Program-made: the position numbers and the translations under genes
Assembly (NCBI GenBank): GCA_964016885.1
Contig: OZ024740.1
Coordinates: 49,166,001 to 49,230,000, forward strand
DNA: 64,000 bases
DNA from: Eledone cirrhosa
Lineage: Eukaryota
Direction of reading: 5' to 3'
Shown: piece by piece, positions 55,611 to 64,000 of the stretch
Numbering within the stretch: position 1 is the stretch's first letter
Layout: every line of letters begins with the position of its first letter
The notes under the pieces: generated by a model
Told to the model about the DNA's origin: nothing
Seen by the model: only the letters and a program-made list of their open reading frames with translations
Databases searched by the model: none

Positions 55611-57264
55611 CCTCATTGACAATCCCGAGCTTTGGACCCGACTCCAGCATCGATCTTCTTTCTCGTCAGACTTGGTGATTCACCATACTGATTCACCATA
55701 GGTCTGACGAGCATATATATATATACCCTTTTACCTGTGCCAGTCATCATGGCTGAGGCCATACTGGGGCACCGCCCTTATATATATATATATAGTTATA
55801 CTTTGGGAGGGTCATGCTGCCAATAAAGACACGCGCACCAGTTGGTTTTCACTCCAATTTATTATGAATTTCAAGTTGGTTGGTTCAATAACCGGATGGT
55901 TGTTTATATATTGTCAAAGCTCTTATTGTCAAAGCTCTTATATATTGTCTGCTGATTGTAATTATGGCAAAAGGAAGGTAAAGTGACATTGTAGTAGTGA
56001 TTTGAGAAATACTTGGATTTAGGATCAAGTGATGGCAGCAGCTGAGAAGGAATAAGTTTATGGATTGATGAGGTACTTACAGACATTTGTGTGGTATAGA
56101 CCTGTGAAGGCTAGAGTACTTAATGAGTATATTTCTGTGGTGATTTATGCAGGGTAGTGGGTATCCTAGTTTAAAGCTATGTTGTGTTGGTTCGATTCAC
56201 GGAGGTTTGAATCTTATGAATTTAGTGGCAATATATACTCATTAAGTACACTCTAGCCTTCACAGGTCTATACCACACAAATGTCTGTAAGTACCTCATC
56301 AACCCACAAACTTATTCCTTCTCAGCTGCTGCCATCACTTGATCCTAGATCCTAGTTTTTCTCATTTCACTACTACAATGTAACTTTACCTTCCTTTTGC
56401 CATAATTACAATCAGCACGCTTATCTCTTTGCATGTATGTATATTTTTGTACGAGTGTATATTGATGTGTATGTATATGTCTATGTACACATGCGTGTGT
56501 ATATATATATATATGTGTGTATATATGTGTATGTATATATATGTATATATATATATATGTATTACCTCCTTAACCTCTGTATTAACTCGCCCACTATTTA
56601 GCTTTGACAGTGTTGTCCCATTCATGTATGTTATTGAAGATGAAAAGAAAGACTGTAAACACCGGCTTATCTTTAAAATTGATACAATACACCCTACGAC
56701 ACTCCGTACATGCCAAACTTATACTTCTGCTTCATGTCAGCTAGTTTTACACGCCGAAATCTTAGATACACTATACCCCCCACCTAATGTAATGTCAGGG
56801 TCTGCTCAAATAATTTATTAATAGCATTGCTGTAATTGTTGTTATTGTTCTAACTGAATGCCATTACTACTTCATATAGTAGCCTGTATATTCCTTTCAT
56901 GCCTGTATATTCTCTTCATTCTCGCATGCTCCGAAGAACTGACTGGTTATAATTTTGTATTGGCGATCGAGTACGTGAAAACAAGCGAATAGCGATCTCT
57001 AGACCTACCAGTTCAGAGAAACAATTGTCAGCAATGAGATTAAAAACCTTTTTTGTATAGCAAACCATGTCAATCTTCTTTCCTGATTTATTATTACTCC
57101 AAGTGTTTATAACATAGGAATTACAGCATACTCGCAACATCACTATTAAAACGCCTTGTTGAGTCAAACCAAGCCAAGCGTTGATATCATCCACTACCCG
57201 GAATACCATAACTGGACTACACCTAAACCTAAGTGGACTGCATATAACTATTATTTGTTACCCC

Positions 57265-57327
<63 letters not shown>

Positions 57328-58167
57328 CGTTAAAGCTATTTCTTTGAGTTTATATTTCATGCTTGAAAAATGATCAACACAATAAATAATGCATGCCTAG
57401 GGTAAGCTACGTAGTCGGAGAGGGTTAAGGTATGGCCTAATTTTGCTGGAATAATATTGGTACATCGACACTATATATTCTATTACAGCATACCATGTTA
57501 ATTTAGGCTGTCGTATTGAAGGTAACGTTACTTCACGAATAATCAATAAAACGTGATACACTTGTAGTCCACAGAACACATGAAAATACTTACCATATAT
57601 ATTCTCTCTCATTGTATATTCAAATATTATCCTTACATTATTTTTATTGCTTTTGTTCTGTTCTTTAGGTTTCACTAGATAGTTTTTATAAGATTTATGT
57701 TCATAAATGAAATAAAGTAAACGAAAAATCAGATCAATAAATCCTATGCAATGTTTAATTCATGTTTCTTTGTTGTGTTGGTTTTCTTTTATCTTAACAA
57801 ATGTCTATCTGTACTTTATTGCAAAGGAAAAAAAAAGAGGAAAGGATAATAGCAAAATATAAAAAGATAACGCAAAAGCAAAAGTAAAATAATGGAATAT
57901 ATTTTTTTATTTCATGAAGAATTTAGCATAACGCCTGCAAATCTCACGTGGACAATAAAAAAAATTGTCAAATATAAAGCCTGTATTCTACATTTACAAA
58001 AAACGTTATTCGTTTTATAGGTTTCATTTATGTTTGCATATATCTCATATATTTAATTTGCAAATGTACATACATAATGCATGTACATACACACACACGT
58101 CCATCCACACGCACACACACGTCCATCCACGCACACACACACGTCCATCCACACACACAGACACACA

Positions 58168-58217
<50 letters not shown>

Positions 58218-59488
58218 ACACACACACCCACACACCCACACACACACACACGCGCACACACACAGACTGACCTTTTCCCCGGCATGTTAATTCATTGTAA
58301 TCCAATTCTTTTCGATTGGATGCAGAATGAGATCAGGTCTAAAATCCAATGACTATAAATGATATATTTATGTCAACAATAATATAAACCGCATCTATTT
58401 AAAAGAAACACAAGGAGGCAGAAGCTTAACATTGTTTCAAACAATCTTTTAATTTCAACCATTTCTAACCATCAACAATTGGGATATTAGCTTTCACATT
58501 GAAAGGTATTTTGTAATCCTTGAATCAGAAATAACAAAATACCTGCTGCAAAAAAGAGATAATGGTGCAAGTATAACGCATACACGTGACAACTGAAGAT
58601 TCCCAAACATAAGTAGCTGTTCAAAAATGTCATCGAGATACTGCCAATGAGGCATGGTAGCCAAAATATTATATAACATAGTGAGTAGAATGGATAGTCA
58701 TGAAGTGAATAGCTACAGAAGAACACACACACACACTTAATGAGAAAGAATAGCAATGGGATGTTCCTGTCAAACACTCAGTAAAATGTAAGCTAAACAG
58801 ACCGGAATTCTAGATAGAGAAAACAATTTGTCCACAATAGTGAAAATTAGTTGTAAGCAGATTTTTAACATAATGATATAGAAAAGCGAAAAAGGAAACA
58901 TCTCTGCCAAGCTAATGAGAAATCTACAGGTTCTTTGCGCAGTCATTAGCTTTAGCTCTATACCTTAGCTCTTACTGGGGTACATGGTTATGTAAGTAAG
59001 TATCCCAGCACTAATTTTGAATAGCTGATCATCACAGAACTAGAAAAGACAGTTAATTAGAAACTTATAAACACAAGACATTTGTGGAACTTTCAAATGA
59101 TGTAATATAATCTAAATGTTTAGCCCGTAACATGTATATATAGACTTTTAGATACATATTTAGATGAACACACACATAAGTATATATATATATGTAGATA
59201 AATCTACCAAAAGTTTACGGTAGTGTCCAATCCGTATGAAGAACTCAATGTAATCCGGATATCATGGAAAGAAGAGATGCATTCAAAAATCACTTTCGGT
59301 GAAAGATAAACGGAATACAGAGTCAAGATAAAATATTAAAAAAATAATGAATAAAACAATGAAACAGTTCCTTACATTAAACAAAAAAAGTTCATTATTT
59401 AACGATCGTTTGAAACGATCGTTAAATAATGAACTTTTTTTGTTTAATGTAAGGAACTGTTTCAATGTTTTATTCATTATTTTTTTTA

Positions 59489-59613
<125 letters not shown>

Positions 59614-59737
59614 TATTCGTTTTTTCCCGTTCTTAGCCAGCGAACGTTACCACGAACCAAAGTATCGTCTTCCTGTCTTCCTCCGGTTGCAACGTTTTTT
59701 GAAATATCCAGTTCTGCGTTTACAGATTGACTTTGTT

Positions 59738-59788
59738 AGTTTCAGAAGATCCCGTTAAGGGTGAAAGCAGCGATTCTTTGCTTAAACT
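59738..59788 (+). ncRNA. Hammerhead-like motif with a U4A core (CAGAAGA) and a closed 4-5 bp helix III
   Basis: AGUUU-CAGAAGA-U-CCC-GUUAA-GGG-U-GAAA-GCA-GCGAUUCUU-UGC-UU-AAACU. Confidence 0.6.
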
Positions 59789-60145
59789 TTAATCTGTTAT
59801 TTTAATAAATATATATATATATATATATATGGGAAAATGTTTGACGCCGACGGCATAGCTGAAGCCGTTTCGACGGCTACTTCTGGACGACCACACCTTT
59901 GATGTTATTAAAGAATAATGCTAATGTTAAAATCTAAGGAGAATAAAATTTTACTATAAATGTGTTAGTGAAAAATATCAATCTAATTTAAAACATAAGG
60001 AATATAGATCTATAAAAAGAAATTAAATTAATTTAATTGATAGATCTATATTCCTTATGTTTTAAATAAGATTCGTATTTTTCACTAACACATTTATAGT
60101 AAAATTTTATTCTCCTTAGATTTTAACATTAGCATTATTCTTTAA

Positions 60146-60324
60146 GATTGGCAGTATCGGTAGAGAGTCGGACGCTATGCTTTCCAGCATAGTTACGTCC
60201 CTTTACGGTCTGAGTTCAAATCCCGCCGCTGTTCACTTTGCCTTTCATCCTTACGGGGTCGATAAAATAAAGTACCAGTAATGCACTGGGTAATTGATGG
60301 CCTTGTGCCAAAAGTAGAAACAAT
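60146..60324 (+). mobile_element. tRNA-derived SINE with TSD
   Basis: TTATTCTTTAA at 60135-60145 is repeated immediately after the SINE tail. Confidence 0.9.
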
Positions 60325-60580
60325 TATTCTTTAATAACATCAAATTTTCGTGTACCTTTCACCGGCTTGACCTATTTTCATCCCCAAAGTAATCTTTTCA
60401 TTCAAAATACTCTTTCCATTCAAAACTGAAGTCTGCATTCCTCTACCCCTAAATTAAATTTCTACTACTACTATTCTATCAACTTGACCACTTACTACTT
60501 TACTATTGGTCAATTCAAAACCTGTTCCCAAACAGACCTATTATATTAAATCTTTGTTGGTTTTTTTCAATAAACAAATA

Positions 60581-60718
60581 TCATTATTTCTGAAGACAGC
60601 ATATATATGTGTAGGTATGTATATTCCCTCTGATAGTTTGTAAAACTTTTACATAGATCTATATGATATACATACCAACACACACATATATATCCTAGAA
60701 ACGATCGTAAAATGATGA
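60581..60718 (+). ncRNA. Type I hammerhead ribozyme with a 101-nt helix II region
   Basis: UCAUUAUUU-CUGAAGA-[AUAUAUAUGUGU..ACACAUAUAUAU]-GAAAC-GAUC-GUA-AAAUGAUGA; 9-bp helix I. Confidence 0.85.
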
Positions 60719-60778
60719 ATTTTTTAATATAAGTAACTGTTTCTTTGTTTTTATTCATTATTTTTATTAATTTATATA

Positions 60779-60835
<57 letters not shown>

Positions 60836-61181
60836 GTGACGTTTTTTTACAAAATGAAAAAAAACGAGGTGTCCTACACGAGTGAAAGTATAAGGAAAAA
60901 AAGATGAAATCGAAAATGCAACTGTAGTCTTTTTTAAAAAATAAAAATTCACTTGGTTCCTTTACCGGTATCACAGTTCTTGTGCTTTTCAAAAGTAGAA
61001 TTGAGATGAAAGGTTTGTGGGTTTTCTCTCTCACACACACACACATACACACACATATATATATATATATATGTAGCGACGTAGTTAGTCGGTCTGGTCA
61101 CTACTTCTGATAGGATCCGAGAACAGCCCTTAAAAGGACTGTTATAGCATACGGCCTGATCGAATCTGAGGATAGCCCTTA

Positions 61182-61783
61182 AAAGGACTGTTGTCACACA
61201 CGGTAAGGATGAACAGACGAAATCACAAGTTGAAAGGACGAGCAAGGCGAGAGATGTAGTTTCGGTCAGCTATTTATTTTCATACATGAAGCGACCATAC
61301 AGAGGTACAAGGCGTGTGTGAGTGACAAGCGTGACAGAGGAGAGGAACAACGATACGCTAGCTGACTCTGCCAAAGTCGACTGGCGAAAGTGTTTGGAAT
61401 CACTCTATTTATACAAAAATAATCGTTTGATGTTTAGTCGCTGCGTAGGCGTTTTATTTTGGTGGCATTTTATTTTGGTGGCATTAAGAACTCTTAATGC
61501 CACCAAAATAAAACGCCTACGCAGCGACTAAACATCAAACGATTATTTTTGTATAAATAGAGTGATTCCAAACACTTTCGCCAGTCGACTTTGGCAGAGT
61601 CAGCTAGCGTATCGTTGTTCCTCTCCTCTGTCACGCTTGTCACTCACACACGCCTTGTACCTCTGTATGGTCGCTTCATGTATGAAAATAAATAGCTGAC
61701 CGAAACTACATCTCTCGCCTTGCTCGTCCTTTCAACTTGTGATTTCGTCTGTTCATCCTTACCGTGTGTGACAACAGTCCTTT
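61182..61783. repeat. About 290-bp perfect fold-back of an LTR-like sequence
   Basis: Arms 61182-61489 and 61492-61783, 2-nt loop, one 16-bp duplication in the left arm. The sequence starts TGTAGCG at 61072; TATAAATAG and AATAAA occur in one orientation. Confidence 0.9.
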
Positions 61784-61853
61784 GTTTCACGGTGAGGTAG
61801 CTAGCTAGCAGATAGATAGAGTTGTTTATTTAACAGATGTTATTTCCGGTGGC

Positions 61854-61963
<110 letters not shown>

Positions 61964-62091
61964 GTAGGAGGTGAGTTTTATTGTAGTACAATAAAGCAAT
62001 GCAGATATCGGATAAGAAGCACTCTACAGTTTGTAGGACTGGAGTATACATAATATATAAGAACAAAAGATGGTTAAAAGAGTTCCATGTA

Positions 62092-62158
62092 TTTTATTAT
62101 GCGAATTTCAAAAACAAATATCATCATGCAATAATATTTGTGTTTTCATCAGATAAAA
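62092..62158 (-). ncRNA. Type I hammerhead ribozyme
   Basis: UUUUAU-CUGAUGA-AAACACAAAUAU..AUAUUUGUUUUU-GAAA-UUCGCA-UA-AUAAAA. Confidence 0.8.
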
Positions 62159-62995
62159 CAGGAAGACATATGAAGGTTAAAAATCACTTGTGGATAGTTC
62201 AGTTTTAAATCAACATATGAAAAGTAGTTTTAGATTGATGTGTGATATTGGGAAAAATATTTTATTTAGAGGGGGGGGGGGTTGGAAAGGATGAAAAAGA
62301 GGAGGAGATGAGAGTAAAAATTGGAGAGGGAGAGAGTATAATGAGGAAGGATGAGATAGGAGGAGAGATGGGTGATAGAGAGAGAGAGAGAGATAGCTTT
62401 TATAACTGAGAAAGATATATTGTTTTACATAGAGAGGTTGAAAACCGTTGGAAGATAATGTATAAATTAAAAGAATTTGAAAATTAACGAAGAGAAAGAT
62501 AATGTAAAGTTAAGGTTTGTATATTGAGGGGTTTGATAATATGTGCGATGAAAAAGAAAATGTTAATATGTATTGAGAATAATAATATTTAAGGTTTAAT
62601 AATATGTGCGATGTTAAGAAAATGTTGATATGTATTATTAAAAGGAATAACAGGTTATTTAAGTAAGGAAATATTGAGATGAGCATGAATGAGTTAGATG
62701 AAAGGGAGAAAAGAATAATGAATTGAGGATGAATAATCTAACGTCAAAAAAATGTGTATATGTTTACGAAGGATTTTTACAAGGTGATATAGAGTAAGAG
62801 TGTATTGTATTATGTAATAATTGATTCTATGTTAGGCAAGAGTGAGAAAAGGTACAGATTAGGGGTTAGACATTAAAAGAAGAAGAGAAGAAAGGGAAGT
62901 GATAAATAGGGGCGATGTAGAATGAGTAACAAGTATTATAGAATGTATAATAACCTTTGAAATAAGGTAGAAAGATGGGTATATTTTTAAAAGAA

Positions 62996-63096
<101 letters not shown>

Positions 63097-63136
63097 CCTT
63101 TGAGAAAAAGATTCTAAATTGATAAAGAATTGAATC

Positions 63137-64000
63137 TTAGCTGTATACTTTGTGAAATGTTTTATGGAATTTATGCAAGCAGATAGAAAACAAGTCAGTG
63201 CGTCTATTTATTATAGAATCTAAATTAGAAATAATGGTAAATTTTTCATTTAGACAGAGATTGCAAATTTTGGATAGAGAACTGTTCAAGTATGGAGACG
63301 CAGAAGAAACCTTCTTCCAAAAGATGCTATATTTAATATTTTTGTCTTTCAAGGACCATATGAGTTCTGAGAGAGCCGTGTTGGTTCTTTTAAGTTTGTA
63401 TTTAAAAGACGAATGATGGTTATAAAGACGAGCTTTAAAAGAGGTGGAAGTGGAGTCAAAATAGGTGAAGGAATTGGTGTCAGTTATAACTTTACATTCG
63501 TAAATTAAGTTTTTATCAAGACAATGGTTGTTGAGAGGACATTTATTTTTAATAGGGCAATTGCAATTGCGATTAGAGAGATTATTAATGAGTGACCTAG
63601 TGTTATCTATAGAAGGAATTGGATTGGAGAAGTTATTTGCGATAGGAATAATAGTTTCTTGATTTAGAATGGGATTAAGAACATTTAGCGAAGTTGTGTT
63701 TGACGTTGTATTTGGGTTTGTAGAAATTAGCCTAGGGTTTACAATGACGTCGGGAGTACTATTATTATGATATTCAGTGTTGGAAGGAAGAGATTTAGTA
63801 TTTAGTATTTTATTGTTGTGTTTAGAGATAATGTTGGAAATGTTGGAGGATGTAGAATAGGAAAATTTTATAGTGTGTTTGTTAAATATTTTACTATAGA
63901 TATGTGAGGGAGGGAAGCATTTATTTAAGCCACTAAAGAATAATTTAGGAATATTGTTATTAATAGAGATGGAGAAAGGAGCATTATACCAGATTATGTT
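63137..64000 (-). CDS. Penelope-like retroelement ORF, 3' part (RT thumb/linker plus GIY-YIG endonuclease), Naiad-like; open to the window edge
   Basis: Hand translation with no stop from 64000 to the terminator ending at 63137: IIWYNAPFS..KIFNKHTIKFSYS..HNNKIL..CNCPIKNKCPLNNHCLDKNLIYECKV..TYFDST..FKARLYNHHSSF..TALSELIWSLK..CNLCLNEK..INRRTDLFSICLHK. Confidence 0.9.
   Translation of the reverse strand, partial: NIIWYNAPFSISINNNIPKLFFSGLNKCFPPSHIYSKIFNKHTIKFSYSTSSNISNIISKHNNKILNTKSLPSNTEYHNNSTPDVIVNPRLISTNPNTTSNTTSLNVLNPILNQETIIPIANNFSNPIPSIDNTRSLINNLSNRNCNCPIKNKCPLNNHCLDKNLIYECKVITDTNSFTYFDSTSTSFKARLYNHHSSFKYKLKRTNTALSELIWSLKDKNIKYSIFWKKVSSASPYLNSSLSKICNLCLNEKFTIISNLDSIINRRTDLFSICLHKFHKTFHKVYS

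Noticed and set aside
55660-55715. CUGACGAG hairpin as a hammerhead
   Set aside because: Only a possible 5' half; the plus copy is cut off by (TA)n and the minus copy lacks helix II
62220-62995. Purine-skewed stretch as additional PLE coding sequence
   Set aside because: The strand bias is suggestive, but I found no recognisable motif or open frame; left unassigned

Overview
AT-rich, microsatellite-laden eukaryotic DNA with no recognisable host exon. The repeat content is what I would expect of a mollusc, most likely an octopus (inference). It is a nested mosaic of mobile elements: a Ty3/Gypsy retrotransposon inside a Tx1-type LINE, three Tx1 copies stacked at one (TATC)n site, RTE, CRE-like and R4/Dong-like LINE fragments, about 20 tRNA-derived SINEs, hAT and Tc1/mariner derivatives, Helitrons, and at the right edge the open 3' half of a Penelope-like element (PLE) ORF of Naiad type. 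The signal the ORF track misses is RNA-structural. By hand-folding I found 10 type I hammerhead ribozyme (HHR) motifs with intact CUGANGA/GAAA/NUH cores, 4 core-variant or decayed motifs and several half motifs. They sit in short non-coding elements, mostly abutting (TA)n tracts and often arranged as fold-back inverted repeats. This fits a diverse population of PLE pseudo-LTR/non-autonomous HHR elements, with unusual variants (helix II up to about 100 nt, a recurrent mismatch at the base of helix II, a U4A core). All folds were done by eye, and coordinates of degraded elements are approximate.
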